A DNA stretch of 64,000 bases from NCBI GenBank assembly GCA_040954595.2, contig CM082597.2, positions 9,703,778 to 9,767,777 of the forward strand, in the 5' to 3' direction. The notes below the pieces were generated by a model. The model saw only the letters and a list, made by a program, of their open reading frames with translations. It did not search any database and was not told the origin of the DNA. A program made the position numbers and the translations under genes. This DNA is from Balanoglossus misakiensis. Its lineage: Eukaryota > Animalia > Hemichordata. Of this stretch, positions 51,182 through 64,000 are shown one piece after another (within the stretch, counting starts at the first letter, position 1; the number at the start of each line of letters is the position of its first letter).

Positions 51182-53442
51182 ACTACCTGGCAGTTGTACT
51201 GTCGGTATCTTTTCTAATCTTGTCCTGCTGCTGGAAGAAAACAACTGCAGTGAAAATTAATATGTTGCCTTTGTACTTTCTTGCACACAGCACAGTCACT
51301 GGGATAATATATTGAACACCAGTGTTCAGCAGAAACCAAGAAGATTTTACAGTCATGTCAATGTGGATATCTGCTTTGTCTTTTACTCTTCACCAAGTGA
51401 TAGATAATGCTGATTTCAATTATATTTCTTATTTTCCTTAAAGTCAGGAATTTGAAATCACTCCTAGAAAATCCATTGAAATTATTGAAAAGTCTTGGAA
51501 AATGGATTTATTTACCTATGTTATCAAATGTTGATAAGTTGAAAAAAAAGAAGGCAAAGTTTCTGCACAATCAGTCCGCAAAAATTGTTTTTGGAGTATG
51601 TACCCTGAATATTATGTCTACCAAAAACATGCTACACAGCTAGGCCTACCTGCTTTGTCTAAATCAGTATTTCTTTGGAACTTAATTATAAGGCTGTTTA
51701 CAGAAACCTGTCTCAGTTGACCTTGAGAAAAAACCCCATTGTAGATCACCTTAAGATGGTGTTTTCTTGGATGAGGATTTTGGACAAAGAATTCAGTGTG
51801 GACAGGGTGATAGTTGATGGTAGGATTCACAATATTACCAGCCATGGCTACAATTGTTTTGATGCTACAACTTTTTTTTTCAATGCAGCAGGTATGTAAA
51901 TAATTCCCTATTCACAAGTCAGTTTACAAATTTAAATCTCATTTGATATGCCAAAAAATCTAATCTACAAACCACATTGTGTTACTGTACACTTTGGTCC
52001 ATTGATTTGTCTGCAAATCACAACAATGCACTTAATTCCAGTTCGTGCTTTCAATAACCTGCATGTTTCAGAAAACTATTCATATTCTTCAGGAAAATCC
52101 TGTAAAGTCCTGGAAAATTTATTTAGCTTGCTATTCTCTCATAAACATCTTTTATCTTGTAAATTATTGACACAAAAACTGAAAGAAGGCATTTTCATCT
52201 CAAATACACATGGAAAATCTGGAACTCCTAGAATTTTGATTGACTAATGAACCATGTGATGTCTCAAACATGCAGTCATCTTGTGGACATCATTGACCAT
52301 TTCCATGGCTCCCTGTATGGCCGATATTTGATGTACTTAGGCAGTGTGTATTCATAGTATGATGATAGGCCTCGTTACTTCATTACTTTGTCAGTATGAA
52401 TCAGTTTTTGACATTTGAACTCATTAACCGCTTTCAGTTCATAGTGTGTTATACAATATCCTTGAGACACTGAGTTGTTCTGATGCTATTCTATGAATAA
52501 TGAAAGAAAATCTGATGTGGCAACATTTTCATACACCGTGGTGGGGGATATATTGCCATACAAGACCCTGGTGATGACCATATAATTTGACTGCTCAACA
52601 CATTATTGATTTCTAATCTAATGCTAATCACTTCAAGTGTACAGGGTAACTGAACAGTGGTAGTAACTTCACCTAGGATGTTAAATTGGCTAAAATTTTA
52701 AATTGACAGTCAGAAAATCTGAATTTATGTTTTTGCACTTAACCCCGGTACTACTAAGCAATATCCAGTTAACATGTTACTCTTAATGACGCTGGTTAGG
52801 GAGCTTTAAACTAATCTGGATTGAGGAACAAGAACCAAATTCAATTTGATTGGTTGTCATTGCAGAGATGTTCCTGTGATAATACTAGGTATTAGACTGA
52901 TTGGCCTTTCTGTCTCTACATTGTGATCACAAAGGTAGCACAGTTAAATCATATGAGTGCTTGTTGATGTGTTTGCCCATTGTTTTTGGCTGTTTTGATA
53001 AATACTGTATTTGTGAGTCACTAAGACTTTTACATCTGATAAATTGTACACAATTCATCCTCCCTTTTTGTTTTAGTAGAATTGTTTGCTCTGTTGCACT
53101 CTCTAATCCTTTGCCAAAGTCACCTCCCATCAGATGCATTCATTGTCACGACCGTCATCACACAAATGCAGTCCTATCAAACATTTGTCTGCATCTTACG
53201 AAAAGATTTAAATATTGCAGGAGATATGTTTCTACTGGTCTTCTTGTAATTTTGCTTTGTTTCTGCACCTTCACCCAGCTGGTGTTTGATCTATTAAAAT
53301 ATTCTTGATGCTAGATTTACTATTGCAGAAAAGGAATATGTAATATTGGTAAAATATCGCTGTTTACAGCATAATTTGATTTGATGTGCTTTTAGGCATG
53401 TAGTATTTGTCATTTGTGTACAGTATGTTTTCTATTGACCGA

Positions 53443-53448
53443 AATAAA
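53443..53448 (+). terminator. Probable polyadenylation signal of PP2A-A (about 2.3-kb 3'UTR)
   Basis: AATAAA followed by GT-rich tgtgtacttggttttgtggtctttgtg. Confidence 0.45.
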
Positions 53449-54590
53449 GTAAACGTAACTTGTGTACTTGGTTTTGTGGTCTTTGTGTAATCGAGCATGA
53501 GGTCTTTTGTGAATGGTCGTGTTGCAAAATGTAAATGCATTTAACATTTATGAAAGAACAATAAAATGTCAATGCGGAGGAAAAGTAGGTGCCTGATTTT
53601 TATCAGGTGCAGATTTTAGCTTGTTTTTGACACAAGTTGTACTATGCCGGCACGAGTTGTGCGTGTGTGTGCTCATCTGGTTACCTGCATGATTTGCATA
53701 TGACAATAATGTCAGCATTTGGGGCCATGCTTAGACAAGATAAAGCAGAAAGATTGTTAGACGATAAGATACTCTTCTGTCCATGTTCATTCACATTGAA
53801 CTTGGTCTACCTATTTGTCTGAGTTTACCCCTGATTGCAGCGTCTTGCCAACCTCTGACCTTATATAAGACGGTGGCTGACATTTAAAACAAAACTATGT
53901 TTGTTCTGGGTTTGTCTTGCAACTGTAATGATTAAGACAGGAGACTATTAGACCATTGGTCTCTTTCAAACAAAGCAAGGTGTGTATCCAAGAATTATTT
54001 GAGGAGCCGTCGGGGCAAAAACGGCATGATTATTGGCAGCATGGGCCAAGCACACTGACAATAGCCAAATGTGCCATGGGTGAATATGGTTATTCAAACA
54101 ATATGAACATGGTTTGAAAGCTGCAATTGGTGGGAGGATATATATTTCTTAGCATGTGGAACGACCTGACATTGCTAAATGCTACTTTGAATCATTGTTG
54201 AGGTCATAATCTACCGGTACTCTGTAGGTCAAATGAAGAAGGCATCAACTGGGACAAGGGTTAGTCTATGCCACGATTTTTGTGTGGCCAGGGATCTTAG
54301 GCAGGCATAAGCAACTTCCTTCAGTTAGGACAAACCTTATTCTGGACAAGGGTCGGACATCACTGTTCACACCTGTTTTTTCATGTTGACCATAGCCCAG
54401 GGAAGGACAATTTGGTGTACATGTAGTTTGAGCCCAACATAATTGATGCTTTGGGTCAATGAGGCATTTGAATTAATTTGTAAATAATGGTCTGACCTTT
54501 GATCTAGTCCAGCATCAATTTGGTATTTTATTGGAGCTAAAATTGACTGAAATAATGTCAGAAACTGCTTGTTTGAGTATGTTTACAATT

Positions 54591-54596
54591 TTTATT
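54591..54596 (-). terminator. Probable polyadenylation signal of MRPL40
   Basis: AATAAA on the minus strand about 145 nt after the stop codon. Confidence 0.45.
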
Positions 54597-54740
54597 AACA
54601 TTAATTTCTTAAACCTTAAAGTTTAATAATAGCTGCATGAATAAGTCTGTTGCTCTATAGGTGGCAAAATGAAAAAGATTGTGACAATTAATTTTTTTGG
54701 ATTCTCGCTTTCACAGCAACACATGATTTACTGTAATTTA

Positions 54741-57700
54741 TTACAACTCTCTGGATATATCTACATATTCTCCTTCTGGGGTGTCATATTCACCAATAGG
54801 TGGAGTGTCTACAGGTCCTGTTAGTTCCAATTCAAATAATCTATTATCACACTGAATAGCCAACTCATAAAGTTCCTCTGACTCTGACTTCAATTCAGTC
54901 AGAGCTTTCTCCTGTGCTGTCTTCACTCTTGCTACCATACGTAATTCCTCTAAATGTTCCTGATATTTGTATCTGGACCATTCTTTTTGTAGAATAGCTC
55001 TTCTTTCACTTTCTTCAAATGGGATTGAAGGAACTTTTCTTTGTCTGAAGGTTTAAAATAAAGCAATTATGTCAGTATGCCATGTTTAACCTATCTGCAT
55101 AAGGTCTGAAGACAAAAGCATGTACCAGTTACTTATAGCTTCAGTAACTCTAACTTTTGGCAACTTTTCCAGGAATTTTTCTTCCACGTATCAACTCTGG
55201 TTTCATGTTTTAATCTTGATAGCTTTATTAAAAAAGGCTGTTGACAAAATAATTCAAGTCTGAACTCGGGAAATAGCATATGATTCTAGTAACTCACAGC
55301 CACGAGGGGGTAAAAACGGCTGCTATGGCCCGAATATAGGCCAGGCCATAGGTGTTTTATAATAAACCTCATGCTAACAGTTTGGAAAATTTTGCAATTT
55401 TCTCTTGAGGTTGGCAGACGACATCTTCAGCGGTGGCCATTGTGTCAGACTACGCGACACTGATTGACGTGACCGAGTCTGCGCACTCACGCTGGTCACG
55501 TGACCGGTTTATATTTTTTCTGCTATTTCCCTGTAGGGTTCATAGTCGATTCTATTTTCCTATCACGTTACGGATTCTGGCGAATCACAACACAGTATTA
55601 GCATGAGGTATATTATAAATATATATATAGAAGTTGCATCAAGGACAATGTGCTATTTTATGATACTTGCTTGGTACATTCAAATTTGAAATATGGCTGT
55701 ACTGTGTGTAATATATTTGGTTTACAATAGAAACTCACCATTACTTTTTTTAAAACCAAAAATACATTCTTATGACATATTTCTTGGATTCCTGTCATTA
55801 AACCATACTGATACAGCCATAAATTTTATTTCACCCTTCAGTGATACAAATCGAAAGTGACTGTGGTTAATTTATGGTACTGTGATACATACATGAGTAC
55901 TGGAGCACCAACCTTGAATTTTCTAACAATTTCTTTTCCACTTTAAATTCTTCAATAGGTTTAAGCTCTGCAGGTCCAAGTTTTTCCATGATTTTTTGCA
56001 TTTTTTTCTTTTTCCTCCTTTCTCGTTCTTCGATAAGTCTTGTCAAGTCCAGCTTCTTCTTCTTTTTGGGGGGTTCTGCACTAAATGTAGAAAGTACCAC
56101 AAAAGATAATTGCAAACAACTGGCCAAAGTTGATCATTCAAACAGATTGGGAAATATATTGTTTATTATGTGTAAGTACATGTAGTATAAAAAATTAAAT
56201 GGTTGATGTACACTAAGTGTGGGTTAAGTACATAAATATATAAGATAGACATAGGTAGGTAATCTTCAGTGTTTAGGGTCAACTGCTTTGACAATAAAAG
56301 GTAAGAGATCTTCAACAATAGATTGGTATGAGAACCACTACACACTGGGCCATTAAATAACATGCAAAGGATGACAAGTCAAAGACGGCTGTTCAGACAA
56401 TAATCATGTGTGTTTGACCCTTCTCCCAGCTCATGCTTTCACAGTCACCGCATAAATGTCTTAGTATCATTTGGCAAACTGTTAAACTGGTTGACAGGGA
56501 AAATAATGTGCCTCTTAAGCATTTTGAATAAAGATAAGATCAAAAATCTGATTGGCCGACAATATCATTTCATAGCATTAGCTGGAACATAGATTTCACC
56601 AAAATTCAACAAGGTGCAGAATACATTGGCTTTGCGTCACTTGAGAAAATAACTTCCTTGGATTGCCGTTGATTCGTCAAGTTCTATGCAGCTATTCTGT
56701 TAATTTCTAGTGATCACAACATCCCATGTTTCTAAAGAGAAAGTAGTTTAACTCAAACATGATGTATTCTGTATGTTTTTAAGGAATGCCTACCAGGTTC
56801 ATTTGTGCAATTTCAAGCTGAACAAAACTTGGGATGCATTTAACCATGTCACCACATGTGAATTGAAAATGATATTACATGTATACACACCTTAAACAGT
56901 CTGTTATTCTGAAGCCTTGGATACTAGATGTTGTGAAGAATCTGTTCTGCATCACAATCCTATTAAAATAACCAGATATAAAATATCAACACTGTGTATT
57001 ATTTGCGTCTGTACCTGTTGATGTCAAGACAGGAATAAGCAGCAGATTTGCAAAAATAGCAGAGTTATGCCACATTTGGTCATCTTGTCTGCTGGTCAAA
57101 TGACTTACAAGTTGCAGTCTCTGGATCAATATTAGCTATTAATGAAATAGCTGTCGATAAATATTCTTTGAAAGTCTTTCAAATCAGAATATCTGGCCTT
57201 CGTCACTTTGTCCTCGAATAACAAACTTTTAGTACAAGTGCTCCTAACCTGTCAATCACTATTAATAAATGTTACCAGAGGCTATTTTCTCTGGTTTTGT
57301 GGGGGCACATCAAGACATTCAGCACTTTGTTGTGATGTTCATGAACCACCAAATTCACACAGAACTCACCCTTGATAGTGCCTGTATCGCTAATTTAGAG
57401 AGAAAAGCGGTGTGAATGACTGCTGACAGTCTAGATAAAGCCACACTTGTGGAATAGACTCATCTTAGAGATTAATCAATATGAAGTTATCAATTTTCAT
57501 AAAATTTGCATCAATGTAAACTACATGTATGACAACATTTACTGCGTTTAAACCAAAAGAGGAAATTTTCATAGAGCGAACATAGGGCTCTGGTTCGCAA
57601 GAATGAACATTTTGTGGCACATTGTCTTTTATTAAAGCTGCACAGTTGATGATAATGACAATTTACTTTGTAACATAAAACTTTTGTTTGTATAATACTT

Positions 57701-60274
57701 TACTTGCCAAAAATAAAACAACTTGTGAGTGACTTGGTTAGTTGTCATGGTTCAGTATGCAAAAAATGAAATAATAAATTTTATAGTGCGACGTACACGT
57801 GACGTCATACAATGTGATGTCACTTGCGCAGTAGGGTATTGTTGGATGATAAAATGCCTGTGAATGAAGCAACGTCTTCACGTCTCCAATTCACGCTAGA
57901 TCATGTCTGGTTTCGTGATTGTGACATCACAGTTTCTGTGTAGTAATGGCGGTTCATGTAAACATGTTGTTTACCATCAGACTTTTTCTATGAAGCCTTA
58001 TATCGTTATATGGGCAAATTTGACCTGAATCCATGAGTAGGGCAATTCTTTTCATGTTAAAGGTTTGTATATCGATATTTATTTCACCAAGTAAAAATAT
58101 ACCCAAAATGGTATTTGCCATCACCTGTGCAGTTTTAACTTTGATGTCCCAGCTGAACATGCAGCAATGTCAGTGCCTTGAACATGTATGCAATGATCAT
58201 TTCAGGGCAGATCTGAAATGCTAAATGGGCAGCTAGTATATTTTAACTTTTACTAATTAAAGCCAATAGCTGTAAATTTTGGCTATGTTTTAGTATTTTA
58301 TTTTGTGTATCTTCTGCAGTTTCTGGTTCAAATCCCTAAATCATGATCATTTATGAAATACCAAGCATTTTATTAGCATTTCAAAACAATCCCTATGTGT
58401 ACAGTCAGCTTTTTTATTGAGCAAAATTTGTATTCAGGTCAAGACTAGAATTTATTTGTCAACAATTTAACAATTGTCGTTATATGCATACTGGCCATGT
58501 TAGAAGCACTGGAAAATATATCACAGGTACACACCTGCTATTCATTCTCTCATTTATGTGTTATTGTCAATGCATGTCACCTAAATGAATATGGATCAAG
58601 TGTAATATTTTAAATAGTAGAGCCAGGAATGGATAAATGGCAGGTAAATTTAATTAATAGACAACAGCAGTTGAATGTCTTACATTCAACATTTGCTAGC
58701 AGCACAGACACCTGATTTAGTGTTGCCAACACTCTGCTTTCGCAATATAACTGAAGTTCAGTAGCTCGAAGTTTTACCTTGGATTGTAAGTTAGACGACA
58801 AAAGTGGCTACAAAGCCTACTAAAATACTTAAAAGATGTCTTAGTTATATGCATATTCCTGATGCGAGATGAAAAAAAAATATGCGATGAGAAATAGACT
58901 ACAAGTGCAGTAAGTGCATGTGACTAGCGTACAGACAGTACATGCAAAGGGAATCAAACAGAACTCATCTCCAGACTCCACACTATACCTCAGAGTTCGA
59001 CAAGTACATTGTATGCTGAGTGTTTCTTATTCTATGGTGGCATGCTGCATCCATTAATTTTGATATCATTATGTGAAACCAATGTTGTTATTCATCACAA
59101 ATCCTACTCAGACATGCACATAGACCACAAGACCATCAAACACGGTGGAAAATTAAGTTGGACAGTGAAATTTATTCGCGTTTCCGATTTTGAATTACGC
59201 CACCAACGACAATATTTGTTCTTTTGAGCCAAAACGTTTAAACAACAACTAGACTACATGTACATTCCATATTCGTTGCACCATAGACAGTACTCAGTAG
59301 AACAGTTAAATAATAACACATGTTAGCGAGGGCAATATCATGATCTTTGGCTTGCACGAGGGATGGTGATCTCTGACCATAATATTGATGATGACGTTGC
59401 GAGAATGCAACCCACCAATAGATAGATAGATGGATGGATAGCTGCAATGATTGTAGCGGGTGCTGCTAGGTTGACTGGTGAAGTTTCGCCGATGTTTACA
59501 AACTTTGTCCGCCATGTTTGCTCAAACATGGCGGAATACATCGGCATAATTTCAGCGGATTTATCGTTTTTTTAATGGAAGCAGGACAATTTTGGGGAAA
59601 ATTTGGCCGTCGGAGGTGTTTTGGGGGGGGGGGATGCAACCGTTCGGTTTTCAAATTTTATCGGAGGTAAGAGTTAAACCCCGTAACTCAGCTGTCGACG
59701 GAAAGTTGATTGGAAAATTACACACAAGGCCTTGTAGCGGTTATGCTGCGAACACACCAGTCAACCTAGCAGCACCCGCTTCAATCATGCTGCGAACACA
59801 CCAGTCAACCTAGCAGCACCCGCTACAATCATTGCAGCTAATGGATGGATGGATAGATAGATAGATAATCCACAAATCCCCAATTAAAGTGGCTGAAGAT
59901 ATCATGGATACGGAACGTTTTGACAAAGTATTGCAAAGCATACAGTTGATCCAGAGCAAGTTGACGAAGCCAACAGGTGCCTGGAGTTGCCGTGTGCATG
60001 AACACCAGCAACTCCTGAGTCCAGGCACCTGTAGACGTAACCCTGCGTACAGAGCTACTGTAGACGAAGCATTCATTTGGACAGTGGAGTGTGAATAAAC
60101 ATCGTGATAGCATGACATATGTTACTCTTGCTGCGCTCGCACTCAGGCCAAACCTGTTACATATTATAACAATAGAGTATGTAGTCAGTGGTTGGCAACG
60201 CGTACCCACAATAATTGCTTATACCTTTGTAAGGGGAGTATGCAGCGAAACTTCCAAACCATGGACGTCGCCAT
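54741..60274 (-). CDS. MRPL40: Mitochondrial large ribosomal subunit protein mL40, about 196 aa
   Basis: Minus-strand exons 60274-60225, 56959-56891, 56080-55913, 55044-54741; all phase-2 GT-AG, 591 nt. Presequence-like MATSMVWKFRCILPLQRIVMQNRFFTTSS; hallmark peptides AEPPKKKKKLD, ELKPIEEF, FEESERRAILQKEWSRY, AQEKALTEL, GPVDTPPIGEYDTPEGEYVDIS. Exons 1-2 are less certain than exons 3-4. Confidence 0.88.
55265..55618 (-). mobile_element. Crypton-like element family B, single-hairpin form (truncated at the hairpin apex)
   Basis: Matches the reverse complement of ~42660-42890 but continues into a distinct end, ggcgaatcacaacacagtattagcatgaggtatattataa; lies in MRPL40 intron 3. Confidence 0.65.
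59439..59840. mobile_element. MITE with TAG..CTA termini and 9-bp TSD, inserted in a (GATA/GGAT)n microsatellite
   Basis: TIR tagctgcaatgattgtagcgggtgctgctaggttgactggtg; atggatgga on both sides (59430-59438, 59841-59849); ~43-bp internal tandem duplication in the right arm; solo TIR at ~60954-60986. Confidence 0.75.
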
Positions 60275-60529
60275 CTTGAACATTGTGACCCCTGACCTCT
60301 CTCCTCGTCTGAACCGTGGTACTATCGTGACCCGCTTTCTCGAGTTTATTATATATTTTATTAGATATCCAGGATATATTAATTACAGGGTAAAATTCAT
60401 GAGATAAAACGTCTTAGAATAATTAAAAGAATCGGGCCATTTGAAAATCCAATCAATGCGCATGCGTTAATAAAATTTCGCGCCAGTCTGAAAGCTAAGG
60501 ACATGTAAGCTGTTAAACAACTAGTAATC
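60275..60529. promoter_or_regulatory. Bidirectional promoter between MRPL40 and POLE
   Basis: 255 bp between divergent ATGs; CHR TTTGAA at 60440-60445, CCAAT at 60449-60453, NRF1-like tgcgcatgcg at 60457-60466, E2F TTTCGCGCC at 60476-60484; YY1-type caagatggcg over the MRPL40 start. Confidence 0.6.
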
Positions 60530-60600
60530 ATGGTGCTACAAAACAGTGGTCGGTATAAAGCGGATCGTGGTGAGCAGTCTGTTCAGCCTGGAACTTCAAG
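60530..60600 (+). CDS. POLE: Probable first coding exon of DNA polymerase epsilon catalytic subunit (rest of the gene lies beyond the window)
   Basis: MVLQNSGRYKADRGEQSVQPGTSR with a strong phase-2 donor AG|gtgagt. It resembles POLE N-termini as I recall them (mouse MVLRNSGR..GSR, fly VLQNTGKF), and an E2F site lies just upstream. Only 24 codons are visible. Confidence 0.6.
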
Positions 60601-63600
60601 GTGAGTTCATGCTTTACCCTGGTGATTGGTGAAGGTACATACTATACTATGTATGTACAACAGTACATACTATGTATCATTGTATGTACTGTCGAAGTCA
60701 TAGAAGCCACGGCACACACGTACAAAAAATGCGTTTACAATGCGTTTACAATCAAGTACTTTCGGATAAATAACGCACCAGAAACGCGGCGTCGGTGGGA
60801 TAAATACCGGCACTGTGACAGTATCATTTCGTCTACGGTACGAACAGTACCACACTTCAAAGTGATCCTGTGACGTGACAGGGCCAGGGGGCGATCTGCA
60901 TATTTAATTGTTTGTATGTTTGTTATGTATGACTTTTATAATAGCTAGTACATTAGCTGCAATGATTGTAGCGGGTGCTGCTAGGTATCTACCAAGTTTT
61001 AAAAAAAGTTTACATCTAGAAGTGGTAAAAGACTTTCATAAAAGTGGATTTTTAGGCAATTATGCGTTAAATTTAACAGTTGTATCGATATAGGATTATC
61101 ATACTGAACAAGATAAAATCTCAAAATTGCTAAAAATAAAATATTCAGTAAGTTGACATTCTATAATGGTGAAAAAATATGACGACCCTCCCAAAATAAG
61201 AAGCTGTTTTACAAAGATCTACGAACACTGGCAAAAGCTAGATAGAGGGCGCTTCCTCAAAAATCTAGATGGTTGACCCCCCATTTTTATTCCATAGATT
61301 AAATGATGAGAATTCATAATATCATCACTCAGTATTAATTTCAACATGATCAGAGGTGCGTAACACCTTAAGTTAGGGAAGGGGTAGTCACACCACATTG
61401 GTGTCTCTCTTGATGATAATATGTCCCAGAATGCCACATTAATCTCACTGACAGTACAATTTCAACTTTAATGGTGACAGTATGTGTTTTTTTGCGAGAG
61501 AGGGCGGTGTCAGCAGGCCTGACATGAGTTGACTGTTGACCCACCGTGTTTCCAAGATGGTGGTAAAGATAAACTTCCCCTATAGATCCAAGTCGAACCT
61601 ACGAAGCACAGCACAATATAATGACTGTCATATCAATATGCCATAATGTGAACTAGTACAGTAGTAAATCCTCCATAATCATAACATAATGCATACAAAT
61701 TCCACCATGAATATGTATACTATCCTACTGATTAATATGATGTAATTTCCCAGGACAGATGCAAATCAGGGGCGATTTTCAACATTTTGGCATCAACGTG
61801 TTGTGAGTACTAAGTTTTCACTCAGTAGGCATGGATATCTCGTTATTAGTGCAAAAGATTGTCATGGTAGTTTGGGTAGTTTATTTTTTTTTACAAAATT
61901 TATCAGTGCCCGTTCAAATCCCATGAAAAATGTGTCAAGAAACTGCAGTACTTTGCTTCCTTTTCTCCCATGCAACAGCAACTACTGTTACTATTTCGTA
62001 ATACATGTAACTAAGCTTTGTAGATAAGCCTTGTAAAAGATGTTGCAGACAGTATCATGCAGTGTTAAGAATCAATTGGAAGTCTTGAGTCTAAAATGTG
62101 TTTTCTGTAGAGTTTGGTGTTTAGAAAAAGCTGTATCTAAAATGCTCAGGGAGATTTATCTGGGAAATATGTCCCAAAAACAGAAAGGTCCTTTAAAAAA
62201 TATTTATTACAGAGGATGTATTATTAGCACATTTTTGGATACAAGTGCTATATAAAACTCGTTATTATTTGTAGACTGTATTATTATTATAATTGATTGT
62301 AATAAATTCAAACAAAAAATCTCACCTCTTTTCAAATGATTTGGGGTAGTTATGTGTTGTAAATAACTTTTTGTCAATAATTAAAATATCAGTTTGACAA
62401 TACCAGTAAGCTTGGCGTACTAAAGTTAAAATCAAAATTTTGTAATGGTAAACTGTAATTTGACAACCACAGGTTTTTCCTATATTCATGTAAACATCAA
62501 AAGACAAACTTTGGAGGTGTTCCTGTCAATTCTGAAACAAATGAGTATGTAACTGAGAGAAAACAGTGGATAGTGTGAATAAGTGTGAATTCTCATCATT
62601 TAAAGGCACGTAAGCTGTAACTTTTGGGATAATTTTCATAATTTTTGTTTCAAACTGCACTACCACTAGTCCATGCAGATGAAGGCAGTGAACTATACAC
62701 AAGCATAATAAACCCTAAATATGAGTGCATATGCAAGTTTTAACCAGATAAATAATAAAGCTTTGCCGCAAGCGATTATGGCCGCCACCGTGGGAAAATG
62801 CAAGAAACAATGAAAATGTTGCATTTCCGGTTATGAATCTTCATAAACAAAACATGATCTCATCCACTTGAGCTCATGGAAGTAAATGTACACCACTGAG
62901 ACATCAGATTTTTATTTTTCACTGCAATATTGCACTTTTTTTAAAAATTAGGGTGACCCTTTTTTTTTATTTGTTTCTCATCTCCAAAGGAATAGTCAGG
63001 CAGGGCGGGCGGGCGAAATAAAAAAAAAACGTGTACCAAAAAAAAAACCTGTTTCAGTTCCATGTTTTATCCATTAGGCCAAAGTAAGTAAATTCTTTGT
63101 TTTGCGTCCGCGCGCGCGTAGGTTTTCGGGCTTTTTTGAGAAAAATAACACAAAACTCATTTGCATAAATTTCCAATCCACGGCGGTATTTTGTCGAATA
63201 AAATGACATTTCGACAAATGCCACTTTACGGCAGTCCTATTCTAATCATGGTGTGACGTAAAACGGGACGCCCTACAGCAACTGCGCATGCTCGTAGTTG
63301 AAGTCTGTCAACACACGGTGCAGGCTGCACGTGTCCTGTCGCCGCGCATCTCCTCTGTCTGCTGGGAAAGCCAGGGATCCCCGTGATTTAACATGAATGA
63401 AGCCAACGAATAAGTCGTCCTAAAGGTTACGGAAAAAGATAAAACTATCCTTGACTAGTTCAGGATGGAAGTGACCGACGCGCAAAACTTTGCACGGCTA
63501 CTGGAAGCCATGGTGAATGTACCATAAAGCCGGCCAGACAGTGTTTCAGTCGCCGATCATCACCACCTCGTCTACCAAAGGATGTTTTTCACCTTTTGTG

Positions 63601-63705
63601 CGGCCCCATACCCAGGTAACTAATTTATCTTAGTAGAGAAAACTTTTATAGTCAAGCCAGAACACAATAATCTTTGTTGCTGTTTGATCACAGGGGGCTC
63701 TCCCT

Positions 63706-64000
63706 CCGCGATTTTGTTTGTTGTTATTGATTGGCATAATAAATAAATATGGTCACGTTTGTTTGTTGACATGTAAGGTATACTAGTATTCAACGGTCAG
63801 GGTTAGGGTGTACATGTATTCAACGGTTAGAGTAAGTGTTGGCATTTTTTCGATCCATGGCACTCCCACCTGACCGTTGAATACACCGTGACCCTAACCC
63901 TGACCGTTGAATATTATACATGTACCTAACATGTCAACAGACAAACGTGACCATATTTATTTATTATGCCAATCAATAACAACAACAAACAAAATCGCGG
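63706..64000. mobile_element. Palindromic (foldback) element running off the window end
   Basis: ccgcgattttgtttgttgttattgattggcataataaataaatatggtcacgtttg..caacggtcagggttagggt is mirrored at 63860-64000. Confidence 0.7.

Noticed and set aside
56449-57462. Other candidate MRPL40 exons (56449-56550, 57015-57120, 57370-57460)
   Set aside because: Weak donors, incompatible phases or in-frame stops; 56891-56959 has better splice sites, the right phases and presequence-like content.
60601-64000. POLE exon 2 within the window
   Set aside because: I found no frame encoding the expected FGF..GWLINMHP segment; the region looks intronic and repeat-derived.

Overview
This window is AT-rich, intron-containing animal genomic DNA. 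The gene structures and repeat types suggest a marine invertebrate, possibly a deuterostome (inference). Most entries in the ORF track are spurious, so the real genes were rebuilt by hand from GT-AG splice sites and reading frame. Genes found: (1) a 6-exon secreted LDLa+CAP/SCP (GAPR-1/GLIPR2-like) gene, 8252-12446 (+); (2) a TPR-repeat gene, about 20863-22034 (+); (3) the PP2A scaffold A subunit (PPP2R1A/B), 14 exons, 25240 to about 51181 (+); (4) MRPL40, 4 exons, 60274-54741 (-); (5) a probable first coding exon of POLE, 60530-60600 (+), head-to-head with MRPL40 across a 255-bp promoter carrying CHR, CCAAT, NRF1-like and E2F motifs. Introns and intergenic DNA are packed with non-autonomous DNA transposons whose termini and target-site duplications (TSDs) can often be read directly: Kolobok (TTAA), Harbinger (TWA), pogo/mariner (TA), a P-like foldback (8 bp) and TAG..CTA elements (9 bp). 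There is also a Gypsy gag relic, a tRNA-SINE and Helentron-like repeats. The two most unusual structures are (a) three sequence-unrelated, Crypton-like element families that share a hairpin / AT-rich spacer / E-box core grammar and occur as single-hairpin or doubled forms, and (b) a near-identical 4 x 1.21-kb tandem array that starts at the apex of a 549-bp palindrome and shares a breakpoint with a duplication of a transposon end. There are no prokaryotic systems, CRISPR arrays or rRNA genes.
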